A stretch of DNA of 64,000 nt. Origin: Bugula neritina. Taxonomy: Eukaryota > Animalia > Bryozoa. This document shows, one piece after another, positions 1 to 17,597 of the stretch. Below the pieces are notes generated by a model, which had not been told where the DNA came from, did not search any database, and worked only from the letters and a program-made list of their open reading frames with translations. The first letter of the stretch is position 1. Each line of letters starts with the position of its first letter. The stretch is from contig OZ037771.1 in the NCBI GenBank assembly GCA_964035545.1, positions 14,197,133 to 14,261,132 of the forward strand. Reading direction: 5' to 3'. The translations under genes were made by a program, and so were the position numbers.

Positions 1-3000
1 AAAAATGGAGACGGACGATGCTGGGACACCACCACAGCCGATAGAAGGTGAGCGTGGAGATAATGTTGTTTCTGTAAATCCTGTAGTAGAAGAGCGAAGA
101 TCGATACCGGTTGAAGGCACCCACTTTCACGGGTGAAGAAGAAGTGGAACAGTTCATGCAGGAGTTTAGTGACGTGATGGAGGTCACCCAATGGCCACCT
201 AGGGTGGCCCTGCTAAAGCTTAGGATGTCGTTGATGGATACGGCCAAGCCCTATGGGTTAGGACCGCATATCGACAGTATCTTTGCGGGCCTGTTTTGGC
301 ATCTTTGCCATAGACGCCCGGGCCCGACTACAAAGGCTGCGACGTGATCCTCACACCCCGCTACAAGAACATGCCGCCACGGTGATGAAGCTGGCGCAGA
401 TTGCGTCTAGTGTTCTACCTCAAGCTAACCGTGAACGGTATACTTTTGACGCCTTTGTGCAATCTATTAACGACTTGGGACTCCATCACCAATTTTTGGC
501 CAGGGGAGTTACCACAGTCGAAGGCGTCCTCACAGAAGGGGAGGCCTATCTTCTGGCAAACCAGATGCATGAGAACCGCGGAGTTTCCCGCCAGGTGGAA
601 GTAGAGTCAGCGGTCGCTCTAGCCGATCCAGAAGCGGAGCCCTCTGTGACCGCTGCCGTGGGATAGTTAACTGCCTCATTAAAAGTCGCACAACTGACTG
701 ACATGTTGGCTAAACTGGTCACAGCACTGACACACAAAACCCCGGTAGGCACCGCCTGCGCGCCTCCGTGGCCGCTGGCGCCACCACCAGGGGAAACAGT
801 CAGTTTTTGCTGGGAATGTGGAAATTCAGGAAATTTCCGTAGATACTGCCCCTTTCTTGTTCCGGGGTTAAACTACCGCGGCCCACAGATGTCCCCGCCT
901 CCTGCGGGCCGGCGATGAATCTTCCAGGGAAGAAGAAACGCAGGTCACCCAGACGGGTACCGCGTACCAACAACCAGGAGTGGCATACACCACGGAGAGC
1001 AGGTAAGGGGCACCGCCCCGCTGTTACCTTCTCTATGCCACTCCACAATAGGTTTGACGGGCTACCAACCCAAGAATCGGAGTGGGGACCAGTACAGGTG
1101 CCAGAAGACACACCTCCCCCTCCGAGGTCACCCCGCAACCGTCCCAAACGACTACCTCTCCGACCCACAGCGAGAGAGGTGCTCCCTGCAAGAGTACGGC
1201 ACAAAGAGAGAGTACGGATGCAGCCCCATGGGAACAGCTATATCTTACTCGGCAAGATAGCGGGTAAAGCAGCTACCTTCCTGCTCGATTCGGGCTGCAC
1301 CACGAACCTCATAAGTTGCCAACTCTTCGCCACCCCCTGAGCGCTAGGGTCCAGGACGAGATGGAACCATACGATGGGGAGTATGGCACCCTGGCAGACA
1401 GGTCGTGCAGTCCCTTCTATGGTATAATTGAGCTAACGGGACGTGTCCGAGATCAAGCTATCCAGGAGACGTTTATCGTCAGTCAGCTGAAAGAAGATGC
1501 TATCCTCGGAATGCCGTTTTTGAAACGGCACGGATGTCACATTGACTTCAGTAAGTCTGCAATGGTGATGTCCGGGTGAGAACTAGCCTACGTCGACAAC
1601 TTTGGCCGTCTTCTAGTGGGAGGTGTGCAGGTAGTACGGAACTGTACAATACCAGGCCGCTCCGGGGCTACTATATACTGCAGGGTGAACAATAGCCAGA
1701 TCTCCGGATTGGGGGTGGTGAAAGGTGCGCACCATAGAATCCAACTCGCAAGCAGCCTGAATCAGCTGACTGCGCGAGGAGAGATCTTGGTGCAGTGCGT
1801 CAACCCCTTCACGGAGTCGGTAAAGCTACCGGCATGGTTCATTCTGGGCCGTTTCCACTCTGTCCAGGAAGAGGACGTGGGACCGTCCTTGGGAGATGCG
1901 GCGGATTGCCCCCCACAGCGCCCGCCAAAAGGGCGGGGGACCGTCCCGCCGCACATCAAAAAGTTGTATGAGACAGCCTGTGGTGGCTGTGCGAGCAATG
2001 AGGAACGCCAGGCTATGGCGAAATTGCTACGCGACTACGGTGATGTGTTCAGCAGCGGAGATCATGACGTGGGGCTGACCAGAGCTGTCAGACACAAGAT
2101 ACCGCTGGCTGCAAGGACAGTCCCTATTCGGCAACCCACGCGGAGTTTGGGGCCGAAGAAGGAGAAGGAGGTCAGCCTACAGGTCCGGAATCTTTTGGAC
2201 CGCGGCCCCATAGAGCCACCCCATAGCGCATGGAGCTCGCCGGTCGTTTTGGTCCCGAAGAAAGACGGAAGTTGGCGGTTCTGTGTAGACTACCGCAAGC
2301 TCAACAGTCTCCCATGGTAGCAGACACGCCCGAAATCTTATTCACTCCTGATGAACCAACCTCCGCGGAGATGGAAGAAGAGCTAGAATTCCCCACCGGA
2401 AGGCTATGACTCCACCACCAGACAGCCCAACCCGTCTGGCCACCGTAGAGGAGCGACTCCTTTGCTTACAGGCCGACTTCACGCAACTAGCCCCAGACTT
2501 GTTAAACACGACGACTGGGCTATACCAGCTTAAGGGCTCGGTGGAAAGAATAAAACGGAGACTGCGTGCCGGCCAGGCTAAGCATCGGCTCTCTGAACAA
2601 TGACAATAGTCCTCGTCCATGGGACCTATCTGTGAATCTTGTCCTTCCTGGGAATTCCCGATGTACAATATTATGATCACGTGAATGCCTGTTACTTTCT
2701 CTTCCTTGGCTACCACTATAGTTAGCACTACTTATCTTTTTATAGCTGATCAATTGCCGATACCTTGTTCTTGTTGTAATGATTATATTTTTGTCGTCAT
2801 TTATGTACATATATACTATATTATGTAACTCACAGGATAGTTAATGGCATCCTCACTAAGGATATCATAAATTTCTCTCAAAATGTTGTTTAGGTTCTTG
2901 AATAATATAGCTCTGCGGGTGGCATGCGTGTTGCCTACTTGCAATTGTTTAGCCTAAGATCAAACTACAACCAATAAGCAGCAACCTTCATTAGGGCTGC

Positions 3001-3684
3001 GTCATCCATCAACATTCCATTATGGGTGCTACATAAACAAAGAACAAAGCAAGCTATTCATTATAGCCTGCCAGCTAGCAAGCCTGTAATTAGTATGTAC
3101 ACGCCAATATCTTCTCATCCCTACCTGCTCATTGAAGCGCGAAGTGCTGCGCGCTGCTAGTTTCCTATGAAAAAATATAGCATTTTCAGTGTATAAATTA
3201 CCAATTTATGAGCAATCTAGCAGAATTATGGAAAAAAAAAGAAAAGATGCACTGGAGAAATATCTCAGAATTCCAGCGGTGCAATCTTTATTCAGATATC
3301 ATGTTTTGCTGCTGAGATATTTTACTAGTACTGAAAAGTCAGCTTTTCAGGCAAAATTGGCCAAAACTGGGCAGTTTTTTATCTATAACTTTGCAAAAAA
3401 AATGAAAATTGAAATTTCCAAAAAATTTGCACTGGAGAAAAAGAAGACCTACAACATAGTTTTCGAATTTTGATTCTAGCGCAGTTAGGTGAGATTTTAT
3501 TTTATTGGTACTGAATTCTTATATGATTACAATGCAAACCTCAGCAAGGCAGTTGCAGCTAAAAGGTTGCCCTTAACTATCCTGTGCTGCTTTTATAATA
3601 TTCTGTACTTTGCGAAGGAGTGTATTTTTTTATCAGAAAGTGGGCTTTCTGCTGGTGGGGGCGGTGTGGTGGCTTGTGGAGCTA
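1..3684 (+). mobile_element. Degenerate, internally deleted Gypsy LTR retrotransposon (copy A); its 5' LTR lies outside the window
   Basis: Frameshifted gag (5-918, zinc knuckle CWECGNSGNFRRYC), protease LLDSGC (915-1340) and RT N-terminus ending at WRFCVDYRKLNS (to about 2308), joined directly to the C-terminal part of ORF3 (2302-2603). PPT-like ggtgggggcgg plus the first 20 nt of the LTR (tgtggtggcttgtggagcta, 3665-3684) match the reverse complement of 30255-30309. Confidence 0.9.
2302..2603 (+). pseudogene. C-terminal remnant of the Gypsy accessory ORF3 (coiled coil)
   Basis: QQSPMVADTPEILFTPDE...RLATVEERLLCLQADFTQLAPDLLNTTTGLYQLKGSV aligns with ORF 30568-31422; one frameshift near 2375-2400. 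Confidence 0.85.
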
Positions 3685-3716
3685 TGATCCCGACGATGAA
3701 GGGGGCGTATTAATTC

Positions 3717-4325
3717 CCAATCAGCAGCAAGGACACATTCACATTGTTTGTTGTCTAACTAAAAGCTACCACAAGCTACGTGGAACTTGATTGCTAAGCC
3801 TTCATGATAGCTTACATCCAAATCATTTATAATCATGAATGTCTAATTCTATGTGATTTATTAACTTTGTGTGTTGAAATGTTTTTGATTAAAAGTTTGA
3901 TTTTGCAGTGAAAACTCTTTGCATTGTTTTGTAGTCTTAACTTTCACCTAGTAATTTCATTAGAGTGAAAGACTATAAGTATTGACACATTTGTTTTCAG
4001 CAGATAGATACTTACATGCATCATATCGAGTTTATAAACACACTTAATAGTGAAACTATAATGTTGCATATCATGACTGAAAACTGAAGAAAATATTCGA
4101 TAAGTCATGCTATATGGAGTTGTAACATAGGTTATATAATCACATATAGTATTATTATATCTTTGCGATCAGGGCACATGCGAAGTATAAAATACCTGAA
4201 TAAATGGTCTCTGGTAAGAATGGACAGGCAAAGGGTAGCACAGGTAAAAATGGCAAAGTAAAATTGGCGCAGGTAATAATGGCACCAGCACTTCAACAGC
4301 ACAAATGGAATAATTATAGGTTTAA
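3717..4325 (+). repeat. Duplicate of the 3' UTR and flank of the NHL gene (13318-13940)
   Basis: Collinear, highly similar sequence from ccaatcagcagcaaggacacattcacattg to ttataggtttaa at both sites. Confidence 0.9.
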
Positions 4326-7300
4326 GTGACACATTTTTAATATATTCGAGTTTGAGGTTTGAAATAGAATGAGTGGGAAACTGGGAACTAGAGGTTTGAG
4401 ACTAGAGTTGGAAGAGGGGCCTTATTTTGTAGGGAGGGAGTTTGGGTTTGGGTAAATATAATGTCAGTGTGCCATTTTACTTACTTTCCCATTTCTGCCA
4501 AAATGTTTTCCATGCCGTTGCTAATTGTGTTAATGTTGCCTGTGCCATTCATATCTTGCCACTTTTATCTATATACAATCAAATAAGTATAATGACCATA
4601 GTATGCATACATTAGAAATTGTTGTAAGAAAGTTGGCAAACACGGCTTGCTATAAGTAAAATATAGAGTACGTTCTAAAAGCTACATAATAAATATTGCC
4701 CAGGCAGACTAACTCTAAGTCTTCAAGTGTTGAGAGAACAAGCAGATGTGTATCAGAGACCACGTCAGTCAGTTTTATCTTAACTCATAGTATAACTATA
4801 CATAGCAACTTTCCAGAGGGTATATAATAGCTGTCATATTATACTGCTGACGTACAAGATAGAAACCTAGACTTTCACAGCTGGTTGTTTAAAATATTAT
4901 CTTCTTTACTTCACCATCCATTTATTGAATTGTTAATATAATATTATTAAGGTGCCTTCAGCTACAATATATCATAATATCTAGTTGGCGCAGGTAAAAT
5001 TATAGCACAAGTCATAATAGCACAAATAAAACAAGTAAGTTAAAAGGAATGCTGATGTTAATTTGCCCAAACCACTACCTTCAGCCTCCAACTCTACGTA
5101 CCAAAACCCCCCACCCTTCTTCCAACAATACCAATCACAAAATCCTTACCTCTAGCCTCCAACCCGGCCCTCTACCACAAACCCAGACCACTATACTGCT
5201 AACCCCATAACCCCAAATCTTATAGGTTTCAAACCTCAAATCCTCAAACCCTTAACTATAATATACCTCCAGCTTCAACCCCAAATCACACTATTTAAAA
5301 TGTGATGTTTTCACTTAATTTTCCAATTGTGCAATTAATTATTACTCCTGCAAATTTACGCTTATTATTGGTATTGTGCCAATTAACCAGTGCAGCTATA
5401 GCTTTACTTTTGTCATTTTTCACTAAACATCATATAAAGCTTCTCACATCATATAATAGCAAGTTGAACAAATATTATAGCTGGTGCCATAACCAAATGA
5501 TGTAATATATAAATGAGATGGTGAAAAGAGCAACAATGTGGTATAATATTAGAATTGTCTCCCTTACAAATGTAGTCACTTTAAGCGCTGGTAATGAGTG
5601 TAAAATACTTATGAAATACTAAGTGTATATGAGAAGATAGTTTAAAGTAGAAATGCCTAAGATTTGCACGTCTGTTACGAAAACATTATCACAATGTAGA
5701 TAGATCAAATAGTATAAAGTATATCAAATAGTAGAAACACACTTATATAATAGTGAAACTATGTTGTATATCATGACTGAACACTGAAGATAATATTCAA
5801 TAACTCTTGCTATATGGAGTTGTAATATGGGTTGCATAATCACATAGTATACAAATATAATTGCAATTATAAGTGCACATGTGGAGGATGCAATTGGGTT
5901 AAAGTTAGCACGCAGGTAAAATTGGCAAAGTGAATTTGGTGCTTAAGTAATTATGGTGCAAATGAAAAGTTTATTAAATGTGCCACAGTTACATATTTGG
6001 GGTTTGTGGTTTGGGGTTTGGTGTTTGGAGGAGGTTTGGGTTGGGGGTATAAGTTAGGGGTAGGGCTTTGGAGTTGGAGTGGGGTTTTCTGTATGGGGTT
6101 TGAGTTTGGGCAAATATAACAAGCTACTTTTCTATTTGCGCCACTTTTATCTATAATCAAAAAAATATATTAAGCATCAAAAATTAAAAATTGCTGCAAG
6201 AAAATTGACAAACACTTCCATGCAGGTAAAGTCTAGAGTAGTTTCTATAAAAGCTGCCTGATAAATATTGTCTAGGCAGACTAACTCCAAGTCTTCAAGT
6301 GTTGAGAGAATAAGCATATGTGTATCAGAGACTACGTCAGTCAGTTTTATCTAAACTCATAGTATAATAACTATATATAGTAACTTTCCAGAGGGTATAA
6401 TAGCTGTCATATATTATACTGCTGACGCAAAAGATAAACACCTAGATTTTCACAGCTGGTTGTTTAAGATATTATCTTCTTTACTTCAAGCAGTGTGTTA
6501 CTATAAATTACACCAATCAGATTAACTGAACAATAAACAACATTAAGATGCTATGGCTATAATGCATATAATAGTTGGCACAGGTAGAAGTAACTCAGGT
6601 AATAATATCCCAAATGAAAAAGTAAGTATAATGATACACTGATAATAATCTTGCTCAAACCCAAACTCCTACCTCTAGCCAGCCAATACCAAGCCCCAAA
6701 ATCCATAATTCACTTCTCCTGTAACCCTAAAATTCTAATTTCTAAAACTTACAACCCTCCAAACCCTTTACTCTACCCTGTACCCCCCTTCAAGATGTGC
6801 ATGGCTAGCTATAACACATAGTATATAAGTTAGCACTGATGCAAGTAGCAGAGGTAATAATGACACAAATGAAAAAGTAAGTAACATGATACACTGGTAA
6901 TAAAATTTGGTTCAAACTTAAACCCAAGCTCTTATAGCCTCTAACCCTCAGCACCAAACCCCCTACTTTTAGCCAATTGAACCAAAACCACTATTAGCTT
7001 GATTAACCCCTAAACATGAAATCCTGTAACCTTCAACCCACAAACCCAAACCTCAAACCCCTCCCTATACCCCTGCTGCAACCATATATCTCCCAATTTT
7101 AAAAATGTGTTTATTTTCACTTAATTTTCCATCTGTGCAACTATAATCACTACCTGACACAGGTAAAACTGGTGTTTCACGTGTGTCATTTTCCCTAGAC
7201 ATCATAAAACATCTCACATCATATAATAGCAAGTTGAATAAGTAATATAGATGGTGGCATGGTCAAATGATGTAACATATATAAATGATATATGGTGATA

Positions 7301-7500
7301 AGAGCAACGATGTGATATAATATTAGAGTTATCTCCTTTACAAATGTAGGCAAGTTAAGTGCTGGTAATGAAGTTGTAAAATACTAATAGTGTAAATGAA
7401 AAAAATATAGTTTAGAATAGAAAATATTATTTACATATGCAAATCTGTTACGAAGCATTATTACATAGGAGATATATCAAATAGTAAGTATATCTAATAG
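4040..7500. repeat. Diverged tandem duplication with a unit of about 1.7 kb (about 4040-5736 and 5737-7500)
   Basis: Matching blocks: 4040-4150 with 5737-5850, 4620-4912 with 6195-6488, and 5300-5720 with 7110-7490. Confidence 0.8.
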
Positions 7501-9502
7501 TAAGGGTATCAAATAGTAAGTATATTGCAAACAGGGAGTAAATAATTGGTTGTGATATTATAGCACCTATATTTTGTTATATTATATGATGTATAAACAT
7601 TTCAACATATATACATAGCACATCTCATTTGATGCACGCATCTATATTAAATGATCCTATAATTAACACTTGTTCGAGTAAAGAATATAATTGGTGCTAT
7701 TAACTGATGTATTTTAAAATACGAAATGGTAGTATGGGTAGTTAGAGTTGTCTCCCTTACTAAGCTATTCAATTTGAGTGTGAAATTGTTAGCATTATTC
7801 ACAGGTAAATATAGTTGTATACGTAAATAGAGAAAGTTTAGAGAAACTTATGTGTTATAGATAAATGCTACTTAATATATATATTCCATTATATAGCATT
7901 TAATAGCTATGTTACTATATGTAGTTAAACAATGCAAATAAAATGCATGCCATGCAGTAACATTACTGATATTTCAATTTACTTTCGTACTTAACATTTC
8001 AGTTCCCACTGTGAGATTACAAAGTGTGCTTACATAACATTATCCTTTAAACATTTTACAACATGAAAATAATTATCAAGTTGTGTAATTTTTGAATTCC
8101 CAAATCAAGTTATATATTTGCATATAATTGGAATTTTAACTGATTCAGATATTACATTGAAACAGTTCACTATTTTGCTTTAAAATTTACACAATTAATA
8201 TCTTGTTTACTTGACGACTATAAAGATTTTATACTAAAACTACATTTGAAAGGCTAACAATGAGTCATGAAATAAATAGCAGAACTCTCAATGCGAAGCA
8301 TTTCAAATACAGTTCAATACTCTTTGGTTACAAACTATCTGAGAATCTGGAGACTCTGTAATACCTGAGTTGTTGTGTAGTGAGAAGTGTACACCACACA
8401 GTTACTGTATGATCAGCTACTCTACCTCAACTCATACACACGTATAGCATACTATAGAAGTATATAATATACTCATATACTTAGGTCTGTGATGTAGTGT
8501 GGGTGAGTCGTGTAGCTTTCACATAGTGAAATGTGCAGCAGTCAGGGCTGTTGGAATATGAAACAACTTATACCAGAAGCAGATGTTGTTCTGATGCAAG
8601 AGAACTGACAAACTATAACCAGAGTTCTAACCTTTTTATAAGGAGAAGTCTTTATTCCTTCCTTAATCTATTCAACAAGTTTAAATATTCAAATAGAACC
8701 TACTTCTAGTTTTTTATGCTAAAAAGATTCTTTGAAACATAAGGCTTGCTATAATAGCTATGAACTGCATAACATGCAGTTCAAATATATAATAATCATC
8801 TCTTACTTCACTCAGGCTACCCCAGGCTTTGTGGTTAGGAAAACTTGGGTTTGTGGATTGCTTGCTGCTAGACAATTGTTGCTATGTACCTCATTTATGT
8901 TTGCTTGTATAAGGTAAAGTGACACAATATAATGGTAAATTTGCCCATACTTAATGAGATGTCTTTAATCTCTCCCCCTGGCTTTATGCTGCCTTTCCAA
9001 ATATTCAAATATAAAACAGATTTTTTTTTTCTCAGCTGAAAAGGATTCATTTAGAAATATAAGGCCTGCCATAATATACTATATTAATCTGCACTACCAT
9101 CTAATTATATATAATTTAATACAAAATATAAAATTATATACATATATAGGTACGAAGTTATATTTATGAAAATTGAAAGAATTGAAACAGATGTTATATA
9201 TTCGTGGAATAAAAACTTGCCTTAAGATAAGTGAATTTTAAACTACGCTGTCGAATTTTATTTTCTAACAGTCTCAAAAATTCTATTAAGTAGATAATAT
9301 TCTAAGCAGATATGGCTCTTAATGAAAGCATAGAAATTACTTGCATATATCATAAAAATAAGATAACTCTAATTATGTTCAATACATCCTTCTGATGGGA
9401 ACTAACATGTGCTGCTAGTGAGTTGATATAAAGTTTGCAACTTTGCTAGATAGACTTCATTTGTGGAAAACATTCACTTCAGGTAGACGTTACACAGGAA
9501 AG

Positions 9503-13309
<3,807 letters not shown>

Positions 13310-14802
13310 ATTGCTGACCAATCAGCAGCAAGGACACATTCACATTGTTTGTTGTCTACCTAAAAGCTTCCACAAGCTACATGGAACTGGATTGCTAAAA
13401 CCTTCATGATTGCTTACATCCAAATCAACTATAATCATTAATTTCTAATTCTATGTGATTTAATAATTTATGTGTTGAAATGTTTCTGATTAAAATTTTG
13501 ATTTTGCAGTGAAAACTTTTTGCCTTGTTTTGTAGTCTTAACTTTCACCTAGTAAATTCATTAGAGTGAAAACTATAAGTATTGACACATTTGTTTTCAA
13601 CAGATATACTTACATGGATCATACTGAGTTTATAAACACACTTAATAGTGAAACTATAATGTTGTATATTATGACTGAACACTGAAGATAATATTCAATA
13701 AGTCATGCCAATTGGAGATGCAACATGGATTGTATAATCACATAGTATTCTAATATCTTTGCAATCATGGTACATGTGAAGTAGAGAATGGGCTCAAAGT
13801 TTAAAAAACCTGAATAAATGGTCTCTGGTAAGAATGGCACAGGCAAAGGTTAGCGCAGGTAAAAATGGCCAAGCTAAATTGGCGCAGGTAATAATGGCAC
13901 CAGCAATTTAATAGCACAAATGGAATAGTTATAGGTTTAATATTATATTAGTACTGCTGTTTTGTCCCACAAAAATCTATGAAAATTAGAATATTATTCT
14001 AGATAACTCACGTTAGCTATTATAGTTATTATAGCTATTAGCATTTTAGCTATTCAGCTATCAATGCAACAGTTATATATAATTATATTACTATATATAA
14101 TTATATTGCACCAAAATAAAAAATACGCGTCTAAATGGGAAGCGTCTATCTGGAATGTAACCATACGAAATGGCTTATATTCAGCATCTCCAATAATAAA
14201 GGGAAGAGGTTAGTGCACATGACCTGTCAAACTGGGGTCATGACCCTGAGTTAATTCAGCAATAAACTGTCTAGATTTGATGATTATATTTTGATGTTTG
14301 AAGATGTAAACTTCTCAGCTAATTCTTGCAGTTAGTAGGATGTACTGAACCAGTTTAAATGCTATCAGAAATAAGAAATAAGCAAGAAATTATAGTGATA
14401 TTCATTGATTTTGGATACTGATTATTCAGGCCGCATAGTGTTTAATATAAAGTGGAAACTGTTTTAAAACTTTTAGTTTCAATGCTCATACAAAAACTAG
14501 AAACAGTTACATACTATAAGGTATTGTAATGGATTTTAACGCTCTAGTAATTATATCGCGTCACTATTATAATGGACTTAGCGTAACTTTGTAAATACTG
14601 TAAATGCTGTAATTATAGCTAAGCTCCTTGCGTAGCTTTCTAATGCCTCAAATATTGTAATTATAGCTAAGCTCTTAGTGTAGTAAATAGCGTAATGATT
14701 GTGAATTGCCCTTTCTGTTATTTTTGTTTGTTTACTGTAATAGTTTTTGTGAGTTGTATTCCCTGCCACTTTTCTTTTTGTTTTATAAATAATTAACTAT
14801 GT

Positions 14803-14921
14803 GAGCCGAAGCTCGTCCGAAGTCGGAACCGATGTCGGAGGAGCCTGTCCGAGATCGGACCGGATATTCCCGACATCGGTCGCCGGAACTCCGAACTTCG
14901 TACGAACTTCGGACCCCTCTG
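14803..14921. repeat. GC-rich imperfect palindrome, probably a small MITE or transposon end
   Basis: ccgaagctcgtccgaagtcgga...cgatgtcgg is mirrored by ccgacatcg...tccgaacttcgtacgaacttcgg. Confidence 0.55.
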
Positions 14922-15548
14922 TATATAAGCGTGAGTTTTTCTAGTATGAATCAGTCTAACACTGGAGCTCACAGAGGAAACATCAATAAAGACTATTAGA
15001 ATCAATATTTTACAAAGACTTTATTTCTATCACAATAACTGGCATGCAGACTACTAGTCTATTCTTATAATCCACAAAATCACAACAGTATTATATAATC
15101 AATGCATATGCTTCATTCTCCACCATAAATAATGATAGGCAACTAATACCATACATTCTAGTTTGGGATATAATTATATAAAACGTTCTCTTAATATGTC
15201 CAGAATTTATTGGAGTTGTCTAATTATTAAAGGTAGAGTAGGGTATACTTTTAGCTCAATAACGTCACATTGCTATTCTAGATGTTTCCATATGACTCAT
15301 CTCATAGCTGATATCTCTAGTACAAACTTTGCCTGGAAACTTTCAGGGAAAATTCTTTCACCTCTTTGCAAACTTTAGCATTATAGGTTTAGCTGGCAGA
15401 ATGGCAATGGTAGCTTGGAACTGGAGAGGTCTTGACTGTGAATAAAAACACTTGAAATTCATCATAAAAATCTGCGAGAATCTACAGCGAGGTACGTAAT
15501 CAGTTAGATTAGTAAGTATCTACTGAATTAAGTATGTTATAGTTTATA

Positions 15549-15756
15549 GTCACTATGATCCCTGTGAGAAACCCTTGATGGAAAGGGTTTTTGTTAAAGC
15601 GTGTTATGAACTTATATAAATGAGGTACAGAAGCATTTATGACTGGATGCTCTTCCTAACATTACTAATGGCATTTGTCCGAGCTCGAACCTATAACTAC
15701 GGGTTTAATAGGCAACACCTCTAACCCCTAGAGCCTACACCATGGCTGCTCCCTTA
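15549..15756 (-). mobile_element. tRNA-derived SINE, family A
   Basis: Similar to copies at 18850-19040, 20480-21062, 39090-39288 and 40917-41012. Head gggagcagccatgg, B-box-like ggttcgagc, shared core gatgttaggaagagcatccagtcataaatgc. Confidence 0.7.
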
Positions 15757-16371
15757 TACTAAGTATGTTATGACCAGCTAGAATAGTAATTCTATAATAG
15801 AGGTCAGTTAAATATCTAATCAGTTAGAATAGTAAATATTATCTATAAAGGTAAGTTATAAGGCCAGTTATAATAAACTGATTTAAAGTATAAATATGAA
15901 TATAATTTTATGCTTACAATAACGTTACTTGGATTATTTTGAAAAAAAAGTCTGCTTGAATTTATTTGATTTTATAGATAACTTATTGTTCTTGTTTTTC
16001 ATTCCAGTCTTAAACGGTTCTATTAAGTTAAACTAAATTAGCATGTGTAAATATCTCTACTTTAAACTCAGCTATTAAAGTACTTACAGGCGTTTCCTCA
16101 CACCTCTCAATAACAAATGACTTGAGAACAGAGACTACAGCCATTTTCATTTCTACCAAAGCAAGACGACTCCCAATACACTTTCTGTTTCCAATTCCAA
16201 AAGGGAAGAAAGAGTTTGAGCAATGGTCGGTAAATCTGTCTGGTGAGAACCTGCAGTAAGCAAGTATATTGGGCTGGCTATTTTATATAAGTATATAACA
16301 ATAACATAATTTGTGTATCCAATTACTAGTTTACTATAAAACCTATTTGCTCTATACAGCTACTTGTTAAA

Positions 16372-16930
16372 TATAGGTCAGCTAGTTGATGCATATATAG
16401 GTCAGTTAGTTGTTAGATATAGGTCAACTAGTTGTTGCTTATATAGGTCAGTTAGTTGTTAGATATAGGTCAGCTAGTTGCTACATATATAGGTCAGTTA
16501 GTTGTTAGATATAGGTCAGTTAGTTGTTATATATAGGTTAGTTAGTTCTTAGATATAGGTCAGCTGGTTGTTATATATAGGTCAGTTAGTTGTTAGATAT
16601 AGGTCAGTTAGTTGTTATATATAGGTTAGTTAGTTCTTAGATATAGGTCAGCTGGTTGTTATATATAGGTCAGCTACTTGCTGTATATAGATTAGCTAGT
16701 TGCAATATATAGGTCAGTTACTTGTTATATTCAGGTCAGTTAATTGTTGGATATAGGTCAGCTACTTGTTATATATAGGTCAGCTACTTGTTATATAGAG
16801 GTCAGTTAGTTGTTATATACAGGTCAGCTACTTGTTAGATATATAGGTAAGCGAGTTGTTATTTATTATAGGTCAGCTACTTGTTATATTCAGGTCAGTT
16901 AGTTTTTCGATATAGGTCAGATACTTGCTG
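16372..16930. repeat. Minisatellite with a unit of about 22 bp (tataggtcagttagttgttaga)
   Basis: More than 20 tandem units in CYP intron 10. Confidence 0.95.
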
Positions 16931-17597
16931 TATTTAAGTCACTCACTTAATTGTTAGTTGTTGAATATAGGTAAACAAGCAATCGTCAATTAGTTGTAAA
17001 AAGCATAGAAATTAGTCATACTTCAGTTAATCGTTAAAAGGTTAGCTGAGAAGTGACTTAATTCGGATCACTACTGTTTTCTTTATCATCAATTATAATA
17101 AAAATCAATTGTGAAGAGTAAAAATTAGCTTCCAAGAGCAAGTCGACTGTCGTTGGCCAACACCAATATTTGTAAATTTATATCATATAGTCTCTATATT
17201 TCAATTTTACTCTAATATTAAACCTGACGTCTGGTGACGATCTACCTGTCAGGGTCAAAGTCTTTTGGATTCTCCCAGATAGCCGGATCACGGTGAAGCA
17301 CCCAGGCTGACGCTACTACTACTGTACCTTTTAGTACAAATATCCCTTTTATAGTCACGTCTTCTGCCGCAACTCTATCAAACCTAAATAAGATACCTTA
17401 ATATTTTGCCAAATTCCTCGAAAATAATTAAAGTACAAGATTATAGATTATTTCTATTACAAATTATTATTTACTTAGGTCTCTACAAATATAAATGAAA
17501 ATGTTACCTAGACCATGTTTTTTATAATAAACTTTACCATTTAAAAATTATATTATCAATGTTTTTATCTAGCCTTACAGGGCTCTCAGTTAGCGTA

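Noticed and set aside
3189-3713. ORFs 3189-3473 and 3489-3713
   Set aside because: Non-ATG starts and AT-rich repeat-derived sequence overlapping the Gypsy 3' region and PPT.
16372-16930. CRISPR-like array
   Set aside because: Tandem units without unique spacers, in a eukaryotic intron, with no cas genes.
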